A stretch of 43,460 nucleotides of DNA from an uncultured Cyanobium sp. (GTDB taxonomy: Bacteria > Cyanobacteriota > Cyanobacteriia > PCC-6307 > Cyanobiaceae). Shown piece by piece: positions 1 through 9,041 of the stretch (the first letter of the stretch is position 1; the number at the start of each line of letters is the position of its first letter). A program made the position numbers and the translations under genes. The notes beneath the pieces are model-generated. The model saw nothing but the letters and a program-made list of their open reading frames with translations. It had not been told where the DNA came from and searched no databases. The stretch is taken from the NCBI GenBank assembly GCA_964396755.1, contig CAYNGR010000001.1:12898-56357 (forward strand), written 5' to 3'.

Positions 1-1436
1 GGCGGGTAGTCGATGAACGTCTTCAGGAAGTCGGCCACGTAGGTCTGGGCGGGAACGAGCAGGAAGATGTGATCGAACATCCAGTCCCAGTAGGTGTTGG
101 AGGTGATGTCAGCCCGCTCATAGGGGTCGGTGAGCAGGTTGAAGATTTTGGGAACACGCAGCTCCACGAATGGCTCGGCCCAGATCTGGCAGGTGCCGGG
201 GCAGCGCTGTTCCTTGAACACGAACTTCCAATTGTCGTAGCGCAGTCCCACCAGGTCGCCGTCGTCGGAAAAATAGAAGAACTCCCGGCGTGGACTGGCA
301 TCGGACTTGCCGGTCCAGTAGTCGAGCATGTTGTAGCCATCGAGGTGGATGCGGAAGGTCTTGTCGCCCACCTGATAACCGGCCTTCAGCTTGTCCTTGA
401 TCTCCGGCTCGCCCGCTGCCGCCAGCAGGGTCGGCAACCAGTCGAGGTGGCTGCAGATGCCGGTGAAGTTGGTGCCAGGCTTGATCTGGCCGGGCCAGCG
501 AACCAGCGCCGGCACTCTGAATGCACCCTCCCAGTTGGTGTTCTTCTCGCTGCGGAAGGGGGTCATCCCCGCATCCGGCCAGCTGTTCATGTGGGGACCG
601 TTATCGGTGCTGTACATCACGATCGTGTCGTCCGTGATGCCCAGCTCATCGAGCAGATCGAGCATCTCGCCAATGCACTCGTCGTGATAGATCATCACGT
701 CGTGGTATTCCGACTGCCAGCGTCCGCTGCGGCCGACATCCTGGGGCCGAGCATAGGTTCGGAAGTGCATGTGAGTGGTGTTGAACCACACGAAGAACGG
801 CTCGCCTGATGCGACGGCATCACGGATGAATCGCTTGGCCTCAACCAGGAACTCGTCATCGGCCGTTTCCATGCGCTTGCGCGTCAGCGGACCGGTGCTT
901 TCGATCCGCTGGCTGCCATCGCCGTTGGCCCAGCAGTGCATCACACCACGCGGTGCAAAGCGTTTGCGGAAGTTCGGGAATTCCGGATCATCTTCCTTGG
1001 GATAATCGCGCAGTTCCGGCTCCTCTTCTGCATTCAGATGGTAGAGATTGCCGAAGAACTCGTCAAAGCCGTGCATTGTCGGCAGGTGCTCGTCCCTGTC
1101 GCCGAAGTGGTTCTTGCCGAACTGGCCGGTGCGGTAGCCCTGCGGTTTGAGCAATTCGGCAATGGTTGGATCCTCTGCCCGGAAACCCAGTTCCGCTCCG
1201 GGCAGTCCCACCTTGCTCAGGCCGGTCCGGTAGACGCTCTGGCCGGTGATGAAGGCCGCCCTGCCCGCCGTGCAACTCTGCTCGGCGTAGTAATGGATGA
1301 ACTTGCCACCTTCCCTGGCGACCCTGTCGATGTTTGGGGTCTGGTAGCCCATCAGTCCGTGGCTGTAGCAACTCAGGTTGCTCTGGCCGATGTCGTCGCC
1401 CCAGAGGATCAGGATGTTGGGTTTTCCGTTGGGCAT
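1..1436 (-). CDS. Arylsulfatase (sulfatase family), 3' end runs off the window
   Basis: Not in the ORF track; translated by hand from ATG 1436: MPNGKPNILILWGDDIG...EQSCTAGRAAFITG...GYRTGQFGKNHFGD...STDNGP...EGAFRVPALVRWPG. These are sulfatase signature motifs, and the frame is open to the window edge. Confidence 0.95.
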   Translation of the reverse strand, partial: MPNGKPNILILWGDDIGQSNLSCYSHGLMGYQTPNIDRVAREGGKFIHYYAEQSCTAGRAAFITGQSVYRTGLSKVGLPGAELGFRAEDPTIAELLKPQGYRTGQFGKNHFGDRDEHLPTMHGFDEFFGNLYHLNAEEEPELRDYPKEDDPEFPNFRKRFAPRGVMHCWANGDGSQRIESTGPLTRKRMETADDEFLVEAKRFIRDAVASGEPFFVWFNTTHMHFRTYARPQDVGRSGRWQSEYHDVMIYHDECIGEMLDLLDELGITDDTIVMYSTDNGPHMNSWPDAGMTPFRSEKNTNWEGAFRVPALVRWPGQIKPGTNFTGICSHLDWLPTLLAAAGEPEIKDKLKAGYQVGDKTFRIHLDGYNMLDYWTGKSDASPRREFFYFSDDGDLVGLRYDNWKFVFKEQRCPGTCQIWAEPFVELRVPKIFNLLTDPYERADITSNTYWDWMFDHIFLLVPAQTYVADFLKTFIDYP

Positions 1437-1539
1437 GAGAATTTGTGCCTAGTAGGAAGCTGCTGGATGTGCCGGGTGGCTGGCCCAGCCCCCTGCGCAT
1501 CGATCTTGAAGGTCATGGGACGATGGGGCCACTCAAAAA

Positions 1540-2541
1540 GTGCAAGGTCAACCGTCCCTCGTGATCGCCTTTGGCTGCGTCGAGCACCTGCGCCTGCTGC
1601 TCAGCGGCTGCGGCATGCCCCTCCAGCTCACCCAGCTGGCTCCCGGCAGGATGGCTGGCGACGTGCTGCCGCTGCGCCTCGGCCCGGTGCGGCTGCTGCG
1701 CATCCGTGTGGACCGGCCGCTGCTGGCCCGGGGCGCCAAGGATCCAGACCGTCAGATCGTCTGTCTGGATCTCACGCCTCCAGCTCTGGCCAGCCCCAGC
1801 CGTTGCCATGGCCTGCTGCTGCCCACCACGGCGGTCTGCGGTCTGGCGACCTGCGGCGAGATCCATCTCAGCGTCCCGGCCGGAGCTCAGGTCGCCCTGA
1901 TGGCGATCGATCGACAGGTGTTTCAGCAGTGGTGCGTCGATCTGGGCTGCGAGGGCCTCGATCAGGCTTCGCTGCAGCGCAACTGGGTGCGGCTCGACGC
2001 CGGCCGCTTCGCGGATCTGCGTGGCTGCCTGCAGGGCCTGTTCGCCAGGGCCGAAGGGGGGGGCCTGCACAGCTCCTCCCCGGATCCACACGCCAGACCC
2101 GCCCTGCAGATGGCCCTGGGCGTACGCGATCTGATGCCGCTTCTGATCGAGGCGTTGGTGCACGGGAGCGAACGCAGCGGCACGCTGCTGCGCCCGCCCG
2201 CCCGCATCGAGCTGGTCAAGCAGGTCCAGAGCTGGCTGGACCGTCACCCCGAGCAGCCGATCACGCTTGCGGATCTCTGCGAGGTGGTCTATGTGAGCCG
2301 CCGCAGTCTGATTCAGGGATTCCGAGATCACCTGGGCATGGGCCCAATGCAGTACCTGAAGCTGCAGCGGCTGCACAGCGCCCGCCGGGCTCTGCTGCGC
2401 CTCGATGCCTGTCAGACCACCGTCACCCAGGTCGCTGCCGAGCACGGCTTTCTCAATGCAGGCCATTTCGCCCGTGACTATCAGCGGCTGTTCGGCGAGC
2501 GCCCCAGCGTCACCCTGCGTCAGTCCACGCTGCGGGCCTGA
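1540..2541 (+). CDS. AraC-family transcriptional regulator (EutR-like)
   Basis: C-terminal double HTH: ITLADLCEVVYVSRRSLIQGFRDHLGMGPMQYLKLQRLHSARRAL...VTQVAAEHGFLNAGHFARDYQRLFGERPS. Divergent from the sulfatase. Confidence 0.93.
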   Translation: MQGQPSLVIAFGCVEHLRLLLSGCGMPLQLTQLAPGRMAGDVLPLRLGPVRLLRIRVDRPLLARGAKDPDRQIVCLDLTPPALASPSRCHGLLLPTTAVCGLATCGEIHLSVPAGAQVALMAIDRQVFQQWCVDLGCEGLDQASLQRNWVRLDAGRFADLRGCLQGLFARAEGGGLHSSSPDPHARPALQMALGVRDLMPLLIEALVHGSERSGTLLRPPARIELVKQVQSWLDRHPEQPITLADLCEVVYVSRRSLIQGFRDHLGMGPMQYLKLQRLHSARRALLRLDACQTTVTQVAAEHGFLNAGHFARDYQRLFGERPSVTLRQSTLRA

Positions 2542-2567
2542 TGGCCTGAGCCCATGCCAGTCGGGGC

Positions 2568-3389
2568 TCAGCCGGCGTTCCTGGTTCCGCCCGGACCGGC
2601 CGGTGACTCCCCGCCATCGACTCCGCCCTGATGCGGTCTCTCCCCAGGGACCTCACCCAGGACGGCTCCCTCCAGCTGGGCCCCCTGCAGCAACGCTTCT
2701 GCGGTGAGGGCTCCCCGCAGGTCGGCGCCGCGCAGGTCGGCCTGGCGCAGGTCGCAGCCGATCAGCACGGCTCCCCTCAGGTCGGCGTGCTCGAGCCTCG
2801 CCTGGCGCAGGTCGGCGCCGCTGAGGTCGGCCCCCTGCAGATCGGTGTCATGTAGGCAGGCGCGCTGCAGGCTTGCCCCCTGCAGATTGACGCCGCGCCA
2901 GCGGGCATGGGGAGCGATCAGCTCATCGAGCTGAGTGCCGCTGAGATCGAGGCCATCCAGCCAGATTCCCCTGCGGCTGAGGGTTTCCAGCGCGTCATTG
3001 CGGGCATGGCTGAGCCTGGCCCGGGCCTGCTGGCAGGAGAGGATCACCTCCATGGCCTCGAGGTTCTCGCGCTGGCGTCGTTGTGTGCCCTCGAACAGGT
3101 AAAGAAAAGCCGCGGTGACGATGCTGAGTGATTCGACATTGCCGACGCTGATGACGCCATCGGTGTTGCGCGTCAGACAGCCCCGCTCGAACTGATGATC
3201 GCGGCAGTTCTCCCAGCGGTCCACCAGTCCCAGCAGGCCCCCCGCCGCCACCAGGGCCAGCAGCAGTCGCAGTGGGAAGTGGTGCTCGAACCACCAGCGC
3301 AGCCCGCGGCTACGGGGGTTGCGGCGCTGCCAGGGCAGGCTTCGGCGTGGCCGGGGACCGACACGAAGCTGGGGTGGGGCGGCCGTCAT
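2568..3389 (-). CDS. Membrane-anchored pentapeptide repeat protein
   Basis: A(D/N)LxG repeats (ADLSG ADLRQ ARLEH ADLRG) after N-terminal hydrophobic segments. ATG 3389 overlaps the upstream stop (ATGA). Confidence 0.9.
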   Translation of the reverse strand: MTAAPPQLRVGPRPRRSLPWQRRNPRSRGLRWWFEHHFPLRLLLALVAAGGLLGLVDRWENCRDHQFERGCLTRNTDGVISVGNVESLSIVTAAFLYLFEGTQRRQRENLEAMEVILSCQQARARLSHARNDALETLSRRGIWLDGLDLSGTQLDELIAPHARWRGVNLQGASLQRACLHDTDLQGADLSGADLRQARLEHADLRGAVLIGCDLRQADLRGADLRGALTAEALLQGAQLEGAVLGEVPGERPHQGGVDGGESPAGPGGTRNAG

Positions 3390-4249
3390 GCGGGCTGCTG
3401 CCGGCGTGAGCTGCGCACCAGGGGGATGCTGACGATCAGCGTCACCAGGACGTAGGTCAGGATCCACAGCTTCAGCCCTGGCAGGTTCTGACCATGGGCG
3501 CTGGCGAAGAGCAGCGCCAGCCCCGGGTTGCGCATCGCGGTGACAAGGGCGGTGGTCAGCCCTTCGCGCGGATCGCGGCCGCCGAGCCAGCGGCCCAGGG
3601 CCAGCGACAGCCCTGTCAGGACCCCAATCGCCAGCAGCGCCCCCGGTTCTGCCGGGATGGTCACCAGCAGTTGCGGCCCCGCCTTGAGCAGCACCACCAG
3701 CACAAGCACCAGCAGCAGGCCGTTGGCCAGCTTGTCGAGCGGTCGCTCCAGCCGTGCGGCCAGCTGCGGCAAGCGGCGGCGCAGCAGCACCCCAAGCAGC
3801 AGGGGCAGCACCTGGGCGAGCCCGACCTGCAGCGCCACATCCAGAGGCCGGATCAGCCAGCCGTCCAGCGCGAAGGCTTGCCGGAACAGCATTGCCAGCA
3901 GCGGGATCGTCAGAATCGCGGCCAGCGCCGCGCTCACCTGCAGCAAGGCCGCCAGCTGGCGGTCGCCGCCCGAGACGCCGGCTTTGCGCAGCGCCAGTGG
4001 TGCACTCGGACAGACGGCCATCAGCGCGATCGCATGGCGCGCGGGCCGAGACAGATCCGCGCTCCAGGGCAGCTGCAGCAGCAGCAGCCCCAGCAGAGGC
4101 ACCAGCAGGCAGGAGCCCAGCAGCACCCGCAGGGGTAGCGACGGCCGACTGCGCCAGTGATGCATCGATTCGGGACGCAGGCTGACCCCCAGGGCCAGCA
4201 TCACGCTGAACAGCGTGGGAGGAACCAGCAGCGAGGCAGTGATGCTCAT
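3386..4249 (-). CDS. Bile acid:sodium symporter (BASS/SBF) family protein
   Basis: About 9 hydrophobic segments; motifs ALMAVCPSAP and TAMRNPGLAL. ATG 4249 overlaps the DUF202 stop. Confidence 0.9.
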   Translation of the reverse strand: MSITASLLVPPTLFSVMLALGVSLRPESMHHWRSRPSLPLRVLLGSCLLVPLLGLLLLQLPWSADLSRPARHAIALMAVCPSAPLALRKAGVSGGDRQLAALLQVSAALAAILTIPLLAMLFRQAFALDGWLIRPLDVALQVGLAQVLPLLLGVLLRRRLPQLAARLERPLDKLANGLLLVLVLVVLLKAGPQLLVTIPAEPGALLAIGVLTGLSLALGRWLGGRDPREGLTTALVTAMRNPGLALLFASAHGQNLPGLKLWILTYVLVTLIVSIPLVRSSRRQQPA

Positions 4250-4629
4250 GGAGAGGTGGATCCGAGCAGAAGCAGGACAGCCGCGGCCAGGCCGATCAGG
4301 CTCAGCGTCAGGGCCGTGGCATTGGCGATCGAGGGTTCCTCGCGGTACGTGAACTCCTCGCGCAGCAGGCGCTTGAGGGCGCGGCGGTGCTGCCAGGTGG
4401 CCGCGAGCATCGCCACCACGCCGGTGACCACGAAGGCCAGGGAGATCAGGCGCACCCCCCATCCGTTCAGGGGGCCGCTGGTGCCTACTCCGCTGCGGAT
4501 CGCGGTGATGATCTTGTCGAGGCCGAAGCCGAAGCTGATCAGCGACAGACAGGTGCGGATCCACGCCATCAGGGTGCGTTCGGCTGCGTCCCGGTTGCGT
4601 TGTCGGGCCAGGTGATCGGTGAGGGTCAT
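4246..4629 (-). CDS. YidH/DUF202 family membrane protein
   Basis: LARQRNRDAAERTLMAWIRTCLSLISFGF motif; 3 TM segments. Confidence 0.9.
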   Translation of the reverse strand: MTLTDHLARQRNRDAAERTLMAWIRTCLSLISFGFGLDKIITAIRSGVGTSGPLNGWGVRLISLAFVVTGVVAMLAATWQHRRALKRLLREEFTYREEPSIANATALTLSLIGLAAAVLLLLGSTSP

Positions 4630-4662
4630 CGCCTCCCCGGCTGGTCTGCCCCAGCTCTCAGC

Positions 4663-5274
4663 TCAGTTCCCATGGTTCTGGACGTGGTGAGGACGGATGC
4701 GGTTTGCCCGCAGTTGTGCGTGGATCAGGTGGCTCAGCCAGCCGGGGGCCGCCAGACAGAGCACCAGAATCGTCAGCGAGGTGCTGAGCCGGCTGGAGAA
4801 GGTGCGTGCCATCTCCAGGCCGGAGTGGATGAAGGTCAGCGTGACCAGGGCCGCGAACACCCCGGTGGTCAGACCACTGGCCGAACGCAGCAGATCGCGG
4901 GGCTGTCGATGGGCCATCGGCGCGGATCCCCGGCCCAGGCTGCGCCCGATCAGGGCACCGGCGGCGCAGAGCAGCACCACCATGGCCAGACGGTTGGCTG
5001 CCTGCGCGCTCGGCTGACTGTGGTGGAGGGCCAGGGCGAGCACCCAGCCGTTGCCGATCAGGCTGCCTGTGGCGCAGCCGATCAGAGCCCACCAGCGGCT
5101 GGCCTGGCGGCAGCGGTGGCTGATCTGCGCCCCACCCGCCAGCACCAGGGCATTGAGCAGAGTCGAGGGAATCAGCGGCAGGAAGCGGGTGAGCAGCAGC
5201 CCGAGGCCGATCCCCAGCAGCGCGACCAGCGCTGAACGCAGCGGCGGCTGCGGCCGGGGCATGGACGTGTCCAT
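4663..5274 (-). CDS. Hypothetical multi-pass membrane protein
   Basis: About 6 hydrophobic helices, co-oriented with the downstream operon. Start uncertain (5274 or 5262). Confidence 0.7.
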   Translation of the reverse strand: MDTSMPRPQPPLRSALVALLGIGLGLLLTRFLPLIPSTLLNALVLAGGAQISHRCRQASRWWALIGCATGSLIGNGWVLALALHHSQPSAQAANRLAMVVLLCAAGALIGRSLGRGSAPMAHRQPRDLLRSASGLTTGVFAALVTLTFIHSGLEMARTFSSRLSTSLTILVLCLAAPGWLSHLIHAQLRANRIRPHHVQNHGN

Positions 5275-5604
5275 CGACTGTCGCGATGGCTGAACCGTAA
5301 GGATCGGCACCTGGTCCCGCCAGCCGTTTCCGGTCCCGCTATGGCATTTCGGCAGCTCCGATTTGTTCACGCCTCACGCCTGGCTGCGCCACCTCCCGAC
5401 CGGTGCTGAGCCAGATCTCCGTGGTGCGTCATCTCCACCGTGCACTCCGTCAGGCATGACCCTTGCGTCTTGAACGGTCTGCTGCATCGGCGTGGGGCCG
5501 CAGTCCTGCCTGCCTGCAATCAGGTCGCTCGGGCTTTTGACCGGGAGGCAGGCGACCAGGCCGCCGGAGGGGTGCAAACTCAAGGCAGGCAGCCGCGAGG
5601 CATG

Positions 5605-5673
5605 CAGTGGCACGTAAACAGTGGCGCGTCAGGCAGTGGCACGTAGGCAGTGACGTGATCCGCGGCAGTGGCC
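5605..5673. repeat. Degenerate 14-15 bp tandem repeat, core CAGTGGCACGT
   Basis: CAGTGGCACGTAAA / CAGTGGCGCGTCAGG / CAGTGGCACGTAGG / CAGTGACGTG... / CAGTGGCC. Confidence 0.8.
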
Positions 5674-5794
5674 AGAGGTGAGGCCACTCCTGTTGAGCTG
5701 CCGCAGCGGGCCGCCAGGGACGACTCTGCTCGCTTCCCGAGGGCCCGCCTGCTCAGAAGGCGAGCCCCAAAGGCGCCGCTGACACCCTGGCCAC

Positions 5795-6001
5795 TCAGAG
5801 GGCGGGGCTGCTCTGGGCTGCACGCTGTTCCCAGGTGCGGCAGGCGGCGTAGGCACCGGCCAGGGTGGCCGCCATCAGGCGCGCCTGTGGTTGCTGGGCA
5901 TGGCTCACCACGTAGCGCCCGGTGGTCTCCCGATGAATCTGACAGCCGCTGCCGGTGGCCTTGACGAACGAGAGCTCGCCGCAGAAGGAATCAGGTCCCA
6001 T
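5795..6001 (-). CDS. Small hypothetical protein (68 aa)
   Basis: Strong SD (AGGGAGGA) just before ATG 6001, AT-rich upstream region and protein-like composition. Confidence 0.6.
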   Translation of the reverse strand: MGPDSFCGELSFVKATGSGCQIHRETTGRYVVSHAQQPQARLMAATLAGAYAACRTWEQRAAQSSPAL

Positions 6002-6085
6002 CGATCCTCCCTGAAAAGAAACTTCCTTTGTTCTAAACCGAGGTCAGGGATCGCGGACTGTGGGCAGACGCTAACAACACACAAC

Positions 6086-6099
6086 GTAAAGTCACTCAC
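6086..6099 (-). promoter_or_regulatory. Putative NtcA/CRP-family binding site
   Basis: Minus strand GTG-AGTGACTT-TAC (GTG-N8-TAC), with a -10-like CACAGT 23 nt downstream, ahead of the 68-aa ORF. Confidence 0.4.
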
Positions 6100-6442
6100 C
6101 GTTTGGGGGCGCTCTCGCTAGGCAATCCTGCTGATCGCTCTCTCCAGAATTTCTTTGTCTTTGCCTCGAATTCTGCTTGCCTTCGCGGCGTCATCGCTTC
6201 ACCTGGTTCAGCAGAGACCACCCCGCTGACCGTCATCCACCTGCACCGACCGGCGGCAGCAGGTGCCAGCGCATCGCCTCAGGTTGCCCGTCAGGACGCT
6301 GTTGCGGGCGGCCGGCTGGGGCAAAGAGAGGGCTGTAGCGGTTGCATGCCCTGTGGCTGCAGTCAGGGTGGTGATTCCCCGGGCTGCCGTCAGTGGTGCA
6401 GCAGGGCTGCCGCAACCTTGCGGAGAAGGGCATCGCCGGCGA

Positions 6443-7549
6443 TCAGCCAGGCCGGGACTGCTCAGCGCTGCTGGCTTCCGCTTCACCGAGACGATCGCCG
6501 ATGTTGCCCCCCCACTGCTGGATCAGGGCGGTGCCCTCCACCGTGGCCTTGCCCTCCAGGCGGGCCTGGCGCAGCAGCAGCGGGCAGCCGCCGGTGGCGA
6601 CCACCAATCCGATCCCCGGCTCAATCGCCAACACCGTGCCCGGTGGCTCCGCGCTTCCGGGCCCCCCCGATGGCGAATCAGCTCCGCTCCTGTCTCCAGC
6701 TCCGCTGGCCAGGCCCCAGTGCTGTGCCAGCCGTGCAGCCTCCGGGCTCAGCTGATCCGCCAGGCGTCGCACCAGCGGTTCACTGGCCAGGATCTGCAGG
6801 CGCTTGCCGCGCCAGCTGGTGTGGGCGCCGGGGTGCAGACCCATCACGCGCCGATGCAGCGGCAGGGCTCCAAGCGACCAGTCCAGCTGGAAGTCCTCTC
6901 GCTTCAGCTGGCGTGCGTAGGTCATGCCCTGCTCGCTCTGGGTCTGCACACCCAGTCGATTCAGCCGTTCCGCCTCAGGGCCTGGACCCGCCGCCTCGAT
7001 CATGGGCAGCGCCTCGACCAGCAGGCTGGCGGTCAGCGCCGCCAGACGCTCCGCCAGCTGGGAGGCGTTCTCCAGCAGGCCGATCGTCAGGTTGCGCTCC
7101 AGCAGCACCGGGCCCGTGTCGAGGCCTGCCTCCATCGCCATGATGCCCACCCCCGTCGTGGCATCTCCTTCGATCACGGCCCACTGAATCGGTGCAGCCC
7201 CGCGCCAGCGAGGCAGCAGCGATCCGTGGCCGTTCCAGCAACCCAGTGGCGGCACGGCCAGCACCTCCGGCGGCAGGATCTGCCCGAAGGCCACGACGAT
7301 GGAGACGTCGGGGCGCAGGGCTGCCAGCTCCGCCTGCACGTCGCTCTCCCTGCGGATGCGCTCGGGCGTGAACACCGGCAGCCCAAGCTCCAGGGCGCAG
7401 GCCTTCACCGGCGAGGGCATCAGCCCCTTGCCCCGCCCCCGCCGCCGGTCCGGCTGGCTGACCACACCCACGAGCTGATGACCGGCCCGCACCAGGGCCT
7501 CGAGGCTGGGCACCGCATACGACGGGGTGCCCCAGAACAGGATGCGCAT
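6443..7549 (-). CDS. fmt: Methionyl-tRNA formyltransferase
   Basis: MRILFWGTP...SQPDRRRGRG...VVAFGQILP...WNGHGSLLPRWRGAAPIQW...AGLDTG. Confidence 0.97.
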   Translation of the reverse strand: MRILFWGTPSYAVPSLEALVRAGHQLVGVVSQPDRRRGRGKGLMPSPVKACALELGLPVFTPERIRRESDVQAELAALRPDVSIVVAFGQILPPEVLAVPPLGCWNGHGSLLPRWRGAAPIQWAVIEGDATTGVGIMAMEAGLDTGPVLLERNLTIGLLENASQLAERLAALTASLLVEALPMIEAAGPGPEAERLNRLGVQTQSEQGMTYARQLKREDFQLDWSLGALPLHRRVMGLHPGAHTSWRGKRLQILASEPLVRRLADQLSPEAARLAQHWGLASGAGDRSGADSPSGGPGSAEPPGTVLAIEPGIGLVVATGGCPLLLRQARLEGKATVEGTALIQQWGGNIGDRLGEAEASSAEQSRPG

Positions 7550-7557
7550 CGGCTGGC

Positions 7558-9039
7558 TCAGGCCTCACCGGTGATCGACAGACCCTCCACCCACACCCAG
7601 GGGCACAGGCCGCCGGGGGTGACTTCAGGCGTGCCCTCGAAGCCGACGATCGTCTGGAGCAGCTGGCGGATGTCGCCTGCCACCGTGGCCGCCTCGATCG
7701 AGTGCTGCTGGCCGTCCCGGATCAGCCAGCCGTCGAACGGCAGCGAGAACGATCCCTGGGGGGCCTTGACGCCGGCGTGCAGGGCCGAGAGGGAGTCGAT
7801 CACCACCAGTCCCCGTCCTTCACCGGCGGCACGACCCTGGCCGGCGAAGCGATCCAGACCCTGCTCGCCTCCGTCGGACCCTGCGGCCGTCCCCACCTCG
7901 AACCAGTCCGCTCCGACCGAGACCTTGGCGCCCAGACCCGCATGGCCGGTGGGGGCAACCCCGAAGGCGCGGGCCGTGGCCTCCGAGTGCAGGAAATTGC
8001 GCAGCACCCCGGCTTCGACAAGCGCCAGACGCGCCGTCGGTGTGCCCTCGCCGTCAAACAGAGAGGCGCCGATGTTGCCCGGGTGCAGCCCGTTGTCGTG
8101 CAGCGAGAAGAAGGGCACCGCCAGGGGCTGTCCCAGGGAGTCGCGGCTGCTCAGGCTGACCCCGTCGAGCACGGCGCGGGCGTTGAACAGTGAGCCGAAG
8201 GCTCCGATCAGATCAAGGAAGGCCTCCGGTCGGAACACGCAGGTGTAGCGGCCGGTGTCGATCGGGGCGTAGTCGAGATGGGCGATGGTGCGATCGGCGG
8301 CTTCGGTAACGCAGCCGGCCACATCCAGCTCAGCGGCGCCGTAGGCCAGGCGCACGGCGCCGCTGCTGCGCGGTTTGCGGCCTGCCTCCTCGGCGCGGGC
8401 GTAGAGATAGAGGCTTGCGGTGGTCAGTTTCTGGTGCCGGCAGGCACCCTCACTGTTGAGGTAGATGCGTTCGCTGCGCCGCTCCGCCAGGCCGTTGTAC
8501 GGGACGGTGCCGATGGCCGGATGGCGGCCCAGCAGCTCGTGCTCGGCCTCCTTGAGCGTCTCCAGCAGGGTGAGAATGCCCTGAGGCTCCCGCAGTGGTT
8601 GCTCGAGTTGCGGCAGCGGCGCGGTGGCCAGGGGCGAAAAGGCCGGGATGTCATTTGGATTGCCGAAGGCGCTGGCCTCGTGGGCACCGGACAGGGCCCG
8701 GGACAGGCCGGCGGGCGAGAGATCCGAGGTGCTGGTGATGCCCACCAGACCATCAGCGTTCCAGACCCGCACCGTGATGGCGCTGCGCTGGGCCCCCTTC
8801 ATCTGCTTGGCCTCGCCGCGATCCACCTGCACGGAGGTGTCGGTGCTGCAGGCGGCGCCCAGATCCCAGCGCTGGATGCCCTCTGCCGCCGCAAGGCTTG
8901 CCAGTTGGCTGGCGAGGCCCTCGGGGTTGAGCCCCGTGGTGGTTGCCGCAGCGCTGATGGGGGCGGCGCTGCTGGAGGCGGTGTCGGAAATGGCGGGCAC
9001 TGGCGAATGGGGATGGAACGGCATCGGATGTGCAGGCAT
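7558..9039 (-). CDS. pmbA: TldD/PmbA family protein (PmbA/TldE subunit)
   Basis: FDGEGTP, FLHSEATA and GSFSLPFDGW motifs; no HExxGH; directly downstream of tldD. Confidence 0.9.
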   Translation of the reverse strand: MPAHPMPFHPHSPVPAISDTASSSAAPISAAATTTGLNPEGLASQLASLAAAEGIQRWDLGAACSTDTSVQVDRGEAKQMKGAQRSAITVRVWNADGLVGITSTSDLSPAGLSRALSGAHEASAFGNPNDIPAFSPLATAPLPQLEQPLREPQGILTLLETLKEAEHELLGRHPAIGTVPYNGLAERRSERIYLNSEGACRHQKLTTASLYLYARAEEAGRKPRSSGAVRLAYGAAELDVAGCVTEAADRTIAHLDYAPIDTGRYTCVFRPEAFLDLIGAFGSLFNARAVLDGVSLSSRDSLGQPLAVPFFSLHDNGLHPGNIGASLFDGEGTPTARLALVEAGVLRNFLHSEATARAFGVAPTGHAGLGAKVSVGADWFEVGTAAGSDGGEQGLDRFAGQGRAAGEGRGLVVIDSLSALHAGVKAPQGSFSLPFDGWLIRDGQQHSIEAATVAGDIRQLLQTIVGFEGTPEVTPGGLCPWVWVEGLSITGEA

Positions 9040-9041
9040 GC

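Noticed and set aside
69-1440. Long + strand ORFs (69-809 and the start of 936-2477)
   Set aside because: Antisense shadows of the minus-strand arylsulfatase.
2700-2900. 15-bp periodic repeats (GCGCAGGTCGGC...)
   Set aside because: Explained by pentapeptide-repeat coding.
5605-5673. Possible CRISPR array
   Set aside because: Units are short and contiguous, with no spacers and no cas genes.
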